Below the pieces are notes generated by a model that had not been told where the DNA came from, made no database searches, and was given only the letters and a program-made list of their open reading frames with translations. This document shows positions 1-9,350 of a stretch of DNA of 32,000 nucleotides, one piece after another. The stretch's first letter is position 1, and each line of letters begins with the position of its first letter. The position numbers and the translations under genes were made by a program. The DNA lies in sequence record JABVCE010000078.1; one strand, given 5' to 3'.

Positions 1-88
1 ATTCGAAGAAATGGTTTTTTGGAAAAAAAATAGGTCGTTTTTTTGTTTGTTTACCTTTACATGAACAATGTTAACAAAAATTCTTTTC

Positions 89-122
89 TTCACCTTTTCA
101 CCTTAAGGTAAAGTGAAGTGAC
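89..122. repeat. Short dispersed repeat (SDR) unit, TTCACC-loop-GGTGAA family
   Basis: ttcaccttttcaccttaaggtaaagtgaagtgac. Confidence 0.8.
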
Positions 123-142
123 CAGAAGAAATTTTTTGAATT

Positions 143-171
143 TTGATTTTTTGAAAATTTTTCTATATAAT
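143..171 (+). promoter_or_regulatory. Candidate sigma70-type (PEP) promoter upstream of psbE: TTGATT-N17-TATAAT
   Basis: ttgatt at 143-148 and tataat at 166-171 with 17 nt spacing, about 59 nt upstream of the psbE ATG. The spacer is AT-rich, so a chance match is possible. Confidence 0.3.
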
Positions 172-229
172 CAAAAAAAGCACAGAAATTGTTGAAATTT
201 TTGCTACTAAAGTAGCTTAAGAATTATTT

Positions 230-475
230 ATGGCAGGGAAACCAGTAGAACGTCCGTTTTCAGATATTTTAACAAGTATTCGTTATTGGGTTATTCACAG
301 CATTACAATTCCAGCATTATTTATTGCTGGGTGGCTATTTGTTAGTACAGGTTTAGCATATGACGTTTTTGGAAGTCCTCGACCTAATGAATATTTTACA
401 GAAGATCGTCAAGATGCTCCATTAATTACAGACCGTTTTAATGCATTAGAACAAGTGAAAAAATTATCTCAATAA
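230..475 (+). CDS. psbE: Cytochrome b559 alpha subunit (photosystem II)
   Basis: 81-aa ORF whose full length matches the psbE pattern ([41 protein letters not shown], heme-ligand His in IHS). No psbF/L/J downstream. Confidence 0.97.
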   Translation: MAGKPVERPFSDILTSIRYWVIHSITIPALFIAGWLFVSTGLAYDVFGSPRPNEYFTEDRQDAPLITDRFNALEQVKKLSQ

Positions 476-485
476 TATTTTCTTT

Positions 486-518
486 GTCACCTTTAAGTGA
501 ATAAGTAAAGAAAAAAAA
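486..518. repeat. SDR unit just after the psbE stop
   Basis: gtcacctttaagtgaataagtaaagaaaaaaaa, a degenerate member. Confidence 0.6.
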
Positions 519-835
519 GATTGATATTTCCAAATGTGGACAAATTTTTTTTGTCCGCATTTTCTTTTTTTGAAGAAGGAAAAATATATTTCTCAAAATC
601 CTGAACAAATAGCTTTTTGTCTCTCTTGAAAAAATTCAAAGAGAAAAACTCACTTCAAATTTTCTTCACTTAAAAGTGCCAAAGATAAATAGAAAATTTT
701 TTTTTACTGAAATTTCACAAGAAAAAAATTATGAAAGTATTACACAAACAAGCTTTCGAGCCAAAAAAAAATTTTTGGTGTGGGAGTTTCTCTTTTTCAA
801 GAAAAAAGAGAAAAAATTTTATTTTTAATACAATT

Positions 836-1279
836 ATGATAGAAAAAAAAGAAATATTAGCAACAGCTGTTGGACGACGTAAAGAAGCAATTGCTCAAGT
901 CCAACTGATTCCTGGAACAGGTGAAATTATTATTAATAATAAACCTGCCAATCGTTATTTAAATAACAATTCGTGTTCGTTATTAGCATTAAAAGCTCCT
1001 TTTCATGTTTTCCATAATTTAGAACTTTTTCCTGAATCAAACCAAATTGATACTATTGTAAAAGTTCAAGGTGGAGGATTAATTGGTCAAGCAGAAGCCA
1101 TCAAATTAGGCGTTGCTCGTGCAATTTGTCAATTAGAAAATTTCACTCCCGAAAATACTACTATTCTTCGAAAATCGTTCAAAGATAGTGGTTATTTAAC
1201 TATTGATGCTCGTGTGAAAGAACGTAGAAAATATGGTTTAAAAAAAGCTCGAAAAGCTTCACAATACCACAAACGTTAA
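836..1279 (+). CDS. rps9: Ribosomal protein S9
   Basis: Conserved S9 sequence starts at the ATG at 836 ([24 protein letters not shown]...[18 protein letters not shown]...[12 protein letters not shown]). The track ORF starts at 731, but residues 1-35 are low-complexity and not S9-like. Confidence 0.92.
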   Translation: MIEKKEILATAVGRRKEAIAQVQLIPGTGEIIINNKPANRYLNNNSCSLLALKAPFHVFHNLELFPESNQIDTIVKVQGGGLIGQAEAIKLGVARAICQLENFTPENTTILRKSFKDSGYLTIDARVKERRKYGLKKARKASQYHKR

Positions 1280-1308
1280 ATTTTTTCATTTTTCTCCTTT
1301 TTTTCATG

Positions 1309-1351
1309 TTTTTGCTTTGAAAATTTTGAATTTTTCCTTTCAAAGCAAAAA
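1309..1351 (+). terminator. 14-bp perfect hairpin after rps9, followed by a second 12-bp hairpin at 1357-1388
   Basis: tttttgctttgaaa (1309-1322) pairs with tttcaaagcaaaaa (1338-1351). Then ttcttcagttca (1357-1368) pairs with tgaactgaagaa (1377-1388). Confidence 0.45.
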
Positions 1352-1430
1352 AAAATTTCTTCAGTTCACCTTTTGATGAACTGAAGAAAAGCATAGATAA
1401 AAAGGAGAAAAAACTTCCAAAGCTGATTTT

Positions 1431-1481
1431 GTTCACTTCACCTTAAAGTGAAAAGATGTTCACCTTTCGGTGAAGAAAAAA
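1431..1481. repeat. SDR cluster (two hairpin units)
   Basis: gttcacttcaccttaaagtgaaaagatgttcacctttcggtgaagaaaaaa. Confidence 0.85.
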
Positions 1482-1733
1482 TTGACAAACTTTATTTATT
1501 ATGAAAGATGATTTGAACTTTTTTTAAAAGAGGGACCAAAGTTCTATTTTCTTGAATTTTTCAATTTTCAAAAAATAGATAAAAAACCTCAGTTTCGAAT
1601 TTTTCATGCTTTCTCTTTTTTTTTTGAAGCTCTTTATTTGTCAAAGAAAGAAAAGAATTTCTTTGTTTTTGTAAGCTCAAAAAAATAATTGAAGAGTGAG
1701 TGAAACTTTCAAGAATTTTTCCTTTTTAGACTT

Positions 1734-2345
1734 ATGAATCAAGAAAATTTTATTCGTCGTTATTTTATTGTTGGTGAAAGAAGGTTGAGTAATTATTGGT
1801 GGGCAACTGTTATTCTTCTGGGATCTATTGGATTCTTCTTCACCGGGATTTCAAGTTATATTAGTACTTCTTTGAATTCATCTGGACTAGATTCGACTAT
1901 TGAAAATAAACTTTCAGGATTAAGTTCGCTTTTTGAATATTTCAACGGAAATGGAAGTATTAATTTTTTTCCTCAAGGTTTATTAATGTGTTTTTATGGA
2001 AGTTTAGGTTTTTTATTAAGTATTTATTGGTGGTGTTTAATTTTTTGGAATGTTGGTGGTGGCTTTAATGAATTTAATAAAAAAGAAAATTTTATTCGAA
2101 TTTTTCGATGGGGTTATCCGGGCAAAAATAGAAAAATTGATTTATATTATACATTAAAAGACGTCGAATCAATTCGTGTTGAAATTCAACAAGGATTAGA
2201 TTCTCAACGAACTATTTTTTTAAAATTAAAAGGAAGCCGTGAAATTCCAATTACAGGGATTGGTCAACCTTTAACTTTGCAGGAAATCGAAAAACAAGCT
2301 TCTGAATTAGCAAATTTTTTACAAGTTTCATTAGAAGGACTTTAA
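1734..2345 (+). CDS. ycf4: Photosystem I assembly protein Ycf4
   Basis: IVGERRLSNYWWATVILLGSIGFFFTGISSY and FFPQGLLMCFYGSLGFLLSIYWW are Ycf4 hallmarks. An extra S/N/G-rich segment lies between the two transmembrane helices. Confidence 0.93.
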   Translation: MNQENFIRRYFIVGERRLSNYWWATVILLGSIGFFFTGISSYISTSLNSSGLDSTIENKLSGLSSLFEYFNGNGSINFFPQGLLMCFYGSLGFLLSIYWWCLIFWNVGGGFNEFNKKENFIRIFRWGYPGKNRKIDLYYTLKDVESIRVEIQQGLDSQRTIFLKLKGSREIPITGIGQPLTLQEIEKQASELANFLQVSLEGL

Positions 2346-2569
2346 TTGTTGATTTTTGAAGGAAAACCTTGCTTTTTTAAAACTGTGCCAAAGAAATTTT
2401 TTTCCTGTTTCTTCTGGCAACAATTCAAAAAAAAAGTGAAATTTTTTTCTATGAGTTAATTAGGACATTTTTTTCTTTCTCTAATGCATTGCATTTTCTC
2501 GAAAGAAAAAATTCGAGTGGGGAAAAGATATGTTTTCTAATTAGTATGAGTTCAAAAAAAAAACAAATT

Positions 2570-3094
2570 ATGCCTCGTTCACAAAGAAACGATAACTTTA
2601 TTGACAAAACATTTACAGTAATTGCTGATATTTTATTAAAAGTATTACCAACATCTCAACGTGAAAAACAAGCATTTACGTATTATAGAGATGGAATGTC
2701 AGCTCAAGCTGAAGGTGAATATGCTGAAGCACTTCAAAATTATTATGAAGCAATGCGTTTAGAAGTTGATGCATATGATCGAAGCTATATTTTATATAAT
2801 ATTGGATTAATTCACACGAGTAATGGTGAACATGGACGTGCTTTAGAATATTATTATCAAGCTTTAGAAAGAAACCCTTCTTTACCAAGTGCATTAAATA
2901 ATATTGCTGTTATTTACCATTATCGTGGGGAACAAGCAATTGAAAATGGTCAATCTGAAATTTCTCAGATTTTATTTGAAAAAGCAGCAGATTATTGGAA
3001 AGAAGCAATTCGTTTAGCTCCAACAAATTATATCGAAGCACAAAACTGGTTAAAAATGACTGGTCGAAATACAGGTTTAGAAAAAAGTTTTTAA
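2570..3094 (+). CDS. ycf3: Photosystem I assembly protein Ycf3 (TPR), intronless
   Basis: Conserved start [15 protein letters not shown] at the ATG at 2570, with TPR repeats ([35 protein letters not shown]). The ORF-track start at 2489 adds 27 non-conserved residues. Confidence 0.95.
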   Translation: MPRSQRNDNFIDKTFTVIADILLKVLPTSQREKQAFTYYRDGMSAQAEGEYAEALQNYYEAMRLEVDAYDRSYILYNIGLIHTSNGEHGRALEYYYQALERNPSLPSALNNIAVIYHYRGEQAIENGQSEISQILFEKAADYWKEAIRLAPTNYIEAQNWLKMTGRNTGLEKSF

Positions 3095-3263
3095 AAAAAA
3101 TTGAAAGTGTGAAAGAACTTTTTTCTTTAAAAAAAAAAGAAAGAGAAGAATGAGAAAGACACTCGAGAGAATTTCTTTCTCTTTTTTTCTTTCAAAATTT
3201 TCTTTTCAGATTTTCTATTTTTTACGGTTGTAGTACTTTGTTTGAAAATGAAAAAAAATTTTT

Positions 3264-4133
3264 ATGAAATTAGCTGTTTATGGAAAAGGTGGAATTGGAA
3301 AATCAACAACAAGTTGTAATATCTCAATTGCACTAGCAAAACGCGGAAAAAAAGTGCTTCAAATTGGATGTGATCCAAAAAGTGATAGTACTTTTACGTT
3401 AACTGGATTTTTAATTCCGACAATTATTGATACACTTCAAGCAAAAGATTATCATTATGAAGATGTATGGCCTGAAGATGTTATCTATCAAGGTTATTCA
3501 GGTGTTGACTGCGTTGAAGCTGGTGGACCTCCAGCCGGTGCTGGTTGTGGTGGTTATGTTGTTGGTGAAACTGTGAAACTTTTAAAAGAATTCAATGCAT
3601 TCTACGAATATGATGTTATTCTTTTTGATGTTTTAGGTGATGTTGTTTGTGGTGGGTTTGCAGCCCCTTTAAATTATGCTGATTATTGTATTATTGTGAC
3701 AGATAATGGTTTTGATGCTTTATTTGCAGCAAATCGAATTACTGCGTCAGTTCGTGAAAAAGCTCGAACACATCCCTTACGATTAGCTGGTTTAATTGGA
3801 AATAGAACAACAAAACGTGATTTAATTGAAAAATATGTTGAAACATGTCCAATGCCTATTTTAGAAGTTTTACCTCTTATCGAAGATATTCGTGTTTCCC
3901 GTGTAAAAGGAAAAACATTATTTGAAATGGCTGAATCTGAGCCAACACTTCAGTTTGTGTGTGATTTTTATTTAAATATTGCAGATCAACTTTTAACACA
4001 ACCTGAAGGAGTTATTCCACGAGAATTAGGTGATCGTGAATTATTTAATTTACTTTCAAATTTTTATTTAAATTCGTCAACTTTAGCATCTGGAAGTCCA
4101 AAAAACGAGACAAATGTTTTTGATTTTGTTTAA
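3264..4133 (+). CDS. chlL: Light-independent protochlorophyllide reductase, iron-sulfur ATP-binding subunit
   Basis: [16 protein letters not shown]-loop, CDPK, the [13 protein letters not shown] cluster-ligand region, and [11 protein letters not shown]. Confidence 0.97.
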   Translation: MKLAVYGKGGIGKSTTSCNISIALAKRGKKVLQIGCDPKSDSTFTLTGFLIPTIIDTLQAKDYHYEDVWPEDVIYQGYSGVDCVEAGGPPAGAGCGGYVVGETVKLLKEFNAFYEYDVILFDVLGDVVCGGFAAPLNYADYCIIVTDNGFDALFAANRITASVREKARTHPLRLAGLIGNRTTKRDLIEKYVETCPMPILEVLPLIEDIRVSRVKGKTLFEMAESEPTLQFVCDFYLNIADQLLTQPEGVIPRELGDRELFNLLSNFYLNSSTLASGSPKNETNVFDFV

Positions 4134-4275
4134 ATTTTTGTCAGTGCTCACTCTTTTTTTTGCGTCATATGTTTTTCTTTTTCTTTCTTTTCTTTTTTTT
4201 GAATTTGACTTCAAAAAATGGAAAAGAAACAAAAAACGTGTAAAAATTACACAAATTGAATTCCAAAAAATTTTT

Positions 4276-4389
4276 ATGAAAGTTCGTTCTTCTGTTAAAA
4301 AAATTTGTACAAAATGTCGTTTAATTCGTCGAAAAGGTACAGTTATGGTTATTTGTACAAATCCTAAACACAAACAACGTCAAGGATAA
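4276..4389 (+). CDS. rpl36: Ribosomal protein L36
   Basis: [37 protein letters not shown] (37 aa) from the ATG at 4276. The longer track ORF from 4114 overlaps the chlL end and is low-complexity. Confidence 0.95.
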   Translation: MKVRSSVKKICTKCRLIRRKGTVMVICTNPKHKQRQG

Positions 4390-4396
4390 TTTTTTT

Positions 4397-4430
4397 CAGC
4401 TTTCGGTGAACACCTATTCACCGAAAGCTG
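4397..4430 (+). terminator. 3' stem-loop directly after rpl36 (perfect 14-bp stem built from two repeat half-units)
   Basis: cagctttcggtgaa (4397-4410), loop caccta, ttcaccgaaagctg (4417-4430). It starts 8 nt after the rpl36 stop. Confidence 0.55.
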
Positions 4431-4757
4431 ACATGACTTGACGTGACGAGAAAAAACTCAAAAAAAAAGATACAAAAAGTTTCTTTTTTTCTGAAAATCT
4501 ATGCAAAATAGTTTTGACTATTGAGAAGAAAAATTTTTGAGACAATTGAAAATATAGAGAAAAATTTTCAAAATATTTTAAGGTAGAATTGAAAATTCAT
4601 TTCTCACTTTTTGTGAAGTTTTCATAAAAAGAAAAAAGACTGGTCGAGAATTTTTCTGTATTTTTTTGAATTTTTCTCACCACCACTCTTTTTGAACTGT
4701 AGAAATGGAGAAAGCAAAAAGTTTTGAACTTTTTTTCAAAAACAAAAAAAATTTTTT

Positions 4758-5717
4758 ATGAATCTTTTCTCTCAGAAAAAGGATATTCTTTCTTTCCTTG
4801 CAATTTTTTCCTTTGTTTTTCCTTTTGTTGGAACAACATTTACGCCGATGGCTGAAGCATATCCGATCTTTGCTCAACAAAACTATGAAAATCCTCGTGA
4901 AGCAAATGGTCGTATTGTTTGCGCAAACTGTCATTTAGCACAAAAACCTGTTGAATTAGAAGTTCCACAAGCAGTTTTACCTGATACAGTTTTTGAAGCT
5001 GTTGTGAAAATTCCTTATGACCAACAAGTAAAACAAGTTTTAGGAAATGGGAAAAAAGGTGACTTAAATGTTGGAATGGTATTAATGTTACCAGAAGGTT
5101 TTGAATTAGCCCCTGCAGATCGAGTTCCTGAAGAAATGAAGAAAAAAGTAGGAAAATTATTTTATCAACCATACAGTCCAGATAAAAAAAATATTTTAGT
5201 GGTTGGTCCTGTACCTGGAAAAAAATATACTGAAATGGTTATTCCTGTTTTATCTCCAGATCCAGCAACAAACAAAAATGTTTCTTTCTTAAAATATCCA
5301 ATTTATTTAGGTGGAAACCGTGGTCGTGGACAAGTTTACCCTGATGGTTCAAAATCAAATAATACAGTTTACAATTCTGCTGTATCAGGAAAAATTTCAA
5401 ATATTACAGCTGTTGATAAAAAAGGTGGAGTTGAAATTACAATTGAAACAAACAATGGGACTTCTGTTGTCGAAAAAATTCCAGCAGGGCCTGAAGTAAT
5501 TGTTACTTTAGGGCAATCAGTTCAACCAGATCAACCATTAACAAATAATCCAAACGTTGGTGGATTTGGACAAAAAGATGTTGAAATTGTTCTTCAAAAC
5601 CCTGCTCGTATTCAAGGTTTATTAGTATTCTTTGTTGGTGTTTTATTAGCACAAGTATTATTAGTTCTTAAGAAAAAACAATTTGAAAAAGTTCAATTAG
5701 CGGAAATGAATTTCTAA
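4758..5717 (+). CDS. petA: Cytochrome f precursor
   Basis: Signal peptide ending ...PMAEA, then mature [27 protein letters not shown] (CxxCH heme site), with C-terminal anchor [26 protein letters not shown]. Confidence 0.97.
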   Translation: MNLFSQKKDILSFLAIFSFVFPFVGTTFTPMAEAYPIFAQQNYENPREANGRIVCANCHLAQKPVELEVPQAVLPDTVFEAVVKIPYDQQVKQVLGNGKKGDLNVGMVLMLPEGFELAPADRVPEEMKKKVGKLFYQPYSPDKKNILVVGPVPGKKYTEMVIPVLSPDPATNKNVSFLKYPIYLGGNRGRGQVYPDGSKSNNTVYNSAVSGKISNITAVDKKGGVEITIETNNGTSVVEKIPAGPEVIVTLGQSVQPDQPLTNNPNVGGFGQKDVEIVLQNPARIQGLLVFFVGVLLAQVLLVLKKKQFEKVQLAEMNF

Positions 5718-5800
5718 AAAACTTTTTCTTTTGAAGAAATTTTTTTTGAGAGTTGGAAATTTCTTCGAAAATTTTTCAAAAAATTTCTTCAATAGTTGTC

Positions 5801-5857
5801 TTTTTTTCAATCTCTTTTTTGCAAGAAAATACATTGCAAAAAAGAGATTGAAAAAAA
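5801..5857 (+). terminator. Perfect 23-bp inverted repeat downstream of petA
   Basis: tttttttcaatctcttttttgca (5801-5823) pairs with tgcaaaaaagagattgaaaaaaa (5835-5857), 11-nt loop. A dispersed-repeat unit follows at 5862. Confidence 0.5.
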
Positions 5858-5861
5858 TTTT

Positions 5862-5897
5862 GTTCACTTCACCTTTGGTGAATAGGTGAAGAAAAAA
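5862..5897. repeat. SDR unit
   Basis: gttcacttcacctttggtgaataggtgaagaaaaaa. Confidence 0.85.
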
Positions 5898-6114
5898 TAG
5901 AAAACTTCGAAAGTTTTCTTTTTTCGAATTTTTTAGCAAACAAATTTCGCAATAAAAACGATCAGTTTTTTTTCAAAACTGAAAGTCTCTTCATTTTTTT
6001 TCAAAGTGACATTTTCCAAATATTGGATTTTTTTTTTGAAAAATTTTGAACATATCTATTTATTTTTTTGAAAAATTATTGACTTAGTTCAATGAGAGAA
6101 AAATTTTCTTTTTT

Positions 6115-6137
6115 GTCACCTTTCGGTGAAGAAAAAA
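6115..6137. repeat. SDR unit upstream of petD
   Basis: gtcacctttcggtgaagaaaaaaa. Confidence 0.8.
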
Positions 6138-6180
6138 ACGAAAAGAAAAAATATTGAAACTAAAAAAACAATTCTAGAAT

Positions 6181-6663
6181 ATGTCAGTTACAAAAAAACC
6201 AGATTTAACAGATCCAGTATTAAAAGAAAAATTAGCAAAAGGTATGGGGCATAACTATTACGGTGAACCTGCTTGGCCAAATGATTTATTATATATTTTC
6301 CCTGTAGTAATTTTAGGAACATTTGCATGTGTTATTGGATTATCTGTTTTAGACCCTGCTGCTATTGGAGAGCCAGCAAACCCTTTTGCAACTCCATTAG
6401 AAATTTTACCAGAATGGTATTTCTACCCAGTTTTCCAATTATTACGTACAGTGCCAAACAAATTATTAGGTGTATTATTAATGGCTGGGGTTCCTGCTGG
6501 ACTTATCTTTGTTCCGTTTATTGAGAACATCAATAAATTCCAAAACCCTTACCGTCGTCCAATTGCTACTACTTTATTCCTTGTAGGAACATTAGTTGCT
6601 GTTTGGTTAGGTATCGGTGCAACATTACCAATCGAAATCAGTTTAACTTTTGGTTTATTCTAA
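6181..6663 (+). CDS. petD: Cytochrome b6-f complex subunit IV, intronless
   Basis: [38 protein letters not shown]...[13 protein letters not shown] is a full-length subunit IV pattern. Confidence 0.97.
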   Translation: MSVTKKPDLTDPVLKEKLAKGMGHNYYGEPAWPNDLLYIFPVVILGTFACVIGLSVLDPAAIGEPANPFATPLEILPEWYFYPVFQLLRTVPNKLLGVLLMAGVPAGLIFVPFIENINKFQNPYRRPIATTLFLVGTLVAVWLGIGATLPIEISLTFGLF

Positions 6664-6675
6664 TCTATTTTTTTT

Positions 6676-6715
6676 TGTGCAAAAAGTTCTCGAAATTTCA
6701 AGAACTTTTTGCATA
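6676..6715 (+). terminator. 3' stem-loop after petD
   Basis: tgcaaaaagttct (6678-6690) pairs perfectly with agaactttttgca (6701-6713). It lies 13 nt after the stop. Confidence 0.5.
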
Positions 6716-6800
6716 TTTTCAGAAAAAATTCAAAACAAAGAAATTTAATTCTTTAAATTCTGAAAGAAATATGGTAAAATAAAGAAAAATTAAGAAAGAT

Positions 6801-6872
6801 GAGTTCATCGTCTAATGGATAGGACAGGAACCTTCTAAGTTTCTAATGTAGGTTCGATTCCTACTGAACTCA
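6801..6872 (+). tRNA. trnR: tRNA-Arg (anticodon UCU)
   Basis: Cloverleaf read by eye: acceptor gagttca/tgaactc, anticodon arm ggaac-cttctaa-gtttc, T-arm gtagg-ttcgatt-cctac. Resembles plastid trnR(UCU). Confidence 0.9.
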
Positions 6873-6978
6873 ACTCTTCAAAAAAATTTGAAAACTTTCA
6901 ACAACTTTTCTTTTGAAAACAACAGAAAAGCTTGAAAAATCTGAAAAAGTTGAAAAAACTTGTTTTCTTTTTTGAAAA

Positions 6979-6991
6979 TTTTGTAAAATAT
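6979..6991 (+). promoter_or_regulatory. Candidate -10-type promoter motif TTTTGTAAAATAT upstream of trnM
   Basis: A 13-mer identical to the one at 8741-8753 upstream of trnG. It ends 7 nt before the tRNA 5' end. Confidence 0.3.
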
Positions 6992-6998
6992 ATTTATA

Positions 6999-7072
6999 GC
7001 CTGCTTAGCTCAGTTGGCCAGAGCATCCGTTTCATACGCGGAAAGTCACTAGTTCGAATCTAGTAGCAGGCA
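6999..7072 (+). tRNA. trnM: tRNA-Met, elongator (anticodon CAU)
   Basis: gcctgcttagctcag...ttcatac loop (CAU)...agttcgaatctagtagcaggca. Close to plastid elongator trnM and lacks initiator features. Confidence 0.85.
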
Positions 7073-7187
7073 AATAGAAAATTTTTTTTTAAATATTTTT
7101 TTCTATGCAAACAATAAGTCAAGCCAACAAACTCGATTTCTTCTCTTCGAGTCACATAAGTTTAAAATACGAAAGAAGTTGACATAA

Positions 7188-8546
7188 ATGACTGTTCAGC
7201 CTTTCTATTTTCGAATTCAATCTTTTTTTAAAGATTCTTTTTCTTTTCGTCAAAGAATGCCTGAAAAAATTCAAGATTTTTTTTTAAGTTCAAAAGAATG
7301 TATTCTCGAAAGTCCAACAAATTTTTATGGGTCATTTTGTTTAGGCCCATTGAAAAATAGTCAAAGTTTGACAGTAGCAAATGCATTACGACGAACATTA
7401 TTATCTGAAATTCAAAATATTGCAATTACGCATTTAGAAATAGAAGGTGCTCTTCATGAATATGCTACTCTCGTTGGAGTACGAGAATCTACCTTAGATC
7501 TTTTACTAAATTTTAAACAAATTGTTTTAAAAACTGGATCACCTTTAAAAAAACCTCTCTATGGTTATTTAAATGTTCGTGGACCTGGTATAGTTCGTAC
7601 TTCTGATTTAAGACTTCCGCCAATGATTCAATGTGTTGACCCAGATCAATATATTGCAACATTAAATGAAAATGGAAAACTTGTCTTGAAGTTTACTATT
7701 TCAGATTTCCGAAATCTTCAAAAAAATGACGAAACATTAGACTATTCTTTTCATCGAGCACAGTATAAAGAACTTGAAAACGTTCAAAAAAGAACAAAAA
7801 ATAAAAACAAGAGTTTGATTCCTGAAAATTTTCCTTTAAATAGTGCGTTAAGTGAAAACACTCTTTCAAATTTTGCTTTAAAAAATGAAACAACTTCTTT
7901 TGAAAGTTTCAATACAAAAAGAAATCTATTATGGGTTGATCCTATTTTTAGTCCAATTTTAAAAGTCAATTATTCTATTGAAAGCATTGAACCTTTTCAA
8001 AAAAATGTTCCAAATCAAATTATTTTTCTTGAATTATGGACAAACGGAAGTTTGCATCCAAGAAAAGCATTGTACGAAGCATTGTGCTATTTGAAAAAAA
8101 TGTTTGAGAAACTGGATTCTATGAGATTTTTAAATTATCAATTTATGAATACAACCCTTGAATCGAGTGAAACAACTGGAAAATTTCTTCAAATGTTTGA
8201 ATATGATTATCATTTTTATAATTTCAGTGAAAATAAAAAAGCACAAAATTTTTCTTCAAAAAAACTTTTCTTTTCGCAAGAAATAAAAGAAATTCAAAAT
8301 GAGTACGCCGTTGTTTTTGAGAAAAAAAACCATGAAGTTTGGTCCAATATCCCAATTTCAAAACTAAATCTTCCCTATCGTGTAACAAAAATTTTAGAAA
8401 AAAATAATTTCTTCTTTCTTCAAGATTTACTCAAAGTTTCAACAACAGAATTGAAAAATTTTCCAGGAATTGGAACTTTCTCCTTGTCTATTCTTCAGAA
8501 ACGCTTAGGGGAATTAGGTTTTCAATTAAGAAGTGAAAAAATATAA
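7188..8546 (+). CDS. rpoA: RNA polymerase alpha subunit (expanded)
   Basis: N-terminal domain YGSFCLGPLKNSQSLTVANALRRTLLSEI and C-terminal domain NLPYRVTKILEKNNFFFLQDLL...LKNFPGIGTFSLSILQKRL. The start is uncertain (ATG 7188 or 7257). 452 aa is longer than usual because of internal low-complexity segments. Confidence 0.88.
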   Translation: MTVQPFYFRIQSFFKDSFSFRQRMPEKIQDFFLSSKECILESPTNFYGSFCLGPLKNSQSLTVANALRRTLLSEIQNIAITHLEIEGALHEYATLVGVRESTLDLLLNFKQIVLKTGSPLKKPLYGYLNVRGPGIVRTSDLRLPPMIQCVDPDQYIATLNENGKLVLKFTISDFRNLQKNDETLDYSFHRAQYKELENVQKRTKNKNKSLIPENFPLNSALSENTLSNFALKNETTSFESFNTKRNLLWVDPIFSPILKVNYSIESIEPFQKNVPNQIIFLELWTNGSLHPRKALYEALCYLKKMFEKLDSMRFLNYQFMNTTLESSETTGKFLQMFEYDYHFYNFSENKKAQNFSSKKLFFSQEIKEIQNEYAVVFEKKNHEVWSNIPISKLNLPYRVTKILEKNNFFFLQDLLKVSTTELKNFPGIGTFSLSILQKRLGELGFQLRSEKI

Positions 8547-8551
8547 TGCTT

Positions 8552-8604
8552 TTCTTTTTTGTGCATTTCTTTTGAATTCAAAGAAAAAAATGCACAAAAA
8601 AGAA
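8552..8604 (+). terminator. 3' inverted repeat after rpoA centred on gaattc
   Basis: ttcttttttgtgcatttcttt / aaagaaaaaaatgcacaaaaaagaa, with a small bulge. It starts 6 nt after the stop. Confidence 0.45.
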
Positions 8605-8655
8605 ATTTATGAAGAAGACTTTTGGCCAAAAATTCTTCAAAAAAAATTTCCTTCT

Positions 8656-8721
8656 GGTCACTTCACTTCACCTTAAGGTGAAAAGGTAAAGAGGTGAATT
8701 GCTCACTCGGTGAAGAAAAAA
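8656..8721. repeat. SDR cluster between rpoA and trnG
   Basis: ggtcacttcacttcaccttaaggtgaaaaggtaaagaggtgaattgctcactcggtgaagaaaaaa. Confidence 0.85.
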
Positions 8722-8740
8722 GTTGCTTCTCAAATTTATT

Positions 8741-8753
8741 TTTTGTAAAATAT
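8741..8753 (+). promoter_or_regulatory. Candidate -10-type promoter motif TTTTGTAAAATAT upstream of trnG
   Basis: The same 13-mer as at 6979-6991. It ends 9 nt before the tRNA 5' end. Confidence 0.3.
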
Positions 8754-8762
8754 GAAAAGTTT

Positions 8763-8835
8763 GCGGGTATAGTTCAGTTGGTAGAACACCTCCTTGCCAA
8801 GGAGGATGTCGCGCGTTCGAGTCGCGTTACCCGCT
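8763..8835 (+). tRNA. trnG: tRNA-Gly (anticodon GCC)
   Basis: Acceptor gcgggta/tacccgc, anticodon arm ctcct-tgccaag-region (loop cttgcca, GCC), T-arm gcgcg-ttcgagt-cgcgt. Confidence 0.9.
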
Positions 8836-8992
8836 TTTTTGTTAAATATTTATTTTCCCTCTCAAAAAAAGTTGACTTTTTTTTGAAAAAATGTGAGAAT
8901 AATTTAATAGAAAGAAAATTTTTTGGGAAACAAAAAAATTGTTTTCCAAAAAGTTCTTTTTTCAGAAGAAAAAAATTTTTTAAAAGAAAAAA

Positions 8993-9065
8993 ACGCTCTT
9001 AGTTCAGTTGGTAGAACGCAGGTTTCCAAAACCTGATGTCGTGGGTTCAAGTCCTACAGGGCGTG
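8993..9065 (+). tRNA. trnW: tRNA-Trp (anticodon CCA)
   Basis: acgctcttagttcagttggtagaacgcaggtttccaaaacctgatgtcgtgggttcaagtcctacagggcgtg. Near-identical in pattern to plastid trnW. Confidence 0.92.
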
Positions 9066-9100
9066 AATAAACAAAGTTTTTTTGAGATCAAAAAAAATTT

Positions 9101-9149
9101 CGTTACGTCCCTTGATTTCACGTCACTTCACATTAAGGTGAAGAAAAAA
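9101..9149. repeat. SDR unit between trnW and trnE
   Basis: cgttacgtcccttgatttcacgtcacttcacattaaggtgaagaaaaaa. Confidence 0.8.
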
Positions 9150-9277
9150 CCTTTTTTCTTTCAACAAAAAGAGAAAACTTCAAATATATTGACAATTTTA
9201 TTGAGAATTGGTATATATAAAGTATAGAGAATTTGACTTGAAAAAAGCTTTTTTGAAATTTCAAAGCTATTTTTTCT

Positions 9278-9350
9278 GCCCCCATCGTCTAGAGGCCTAG
9301 GACACCTCCCTTTCACGGAGAAAACGGGGATTCGAATTCCCCTGGGGGTA
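9278..9350 (+). tRNA. trnE: tRNA-Glu (anticodon UUC), copy 1
   Basis: gcccccatcgtctagaggcctaggacacctccctttcacggagaaaacggggattcgaattcccctgggggta, loop ctttcac. An identical copy lies inverted at 29812-29884. Confidence 0.95.

Noticed and set aside
731-835. N-terminal extensions implied by the track for rps9 (731), ycf3 (2489), rpl36 (4114), psbZ (14672), tufA (16252, TTG) and rpoC1 (22069, TTG).
   Set aside because: Conserved protein sequence begins at a downstream ATG in each case. The extra residues are low-complexity, or in rpl36 overlap the end of chlL.
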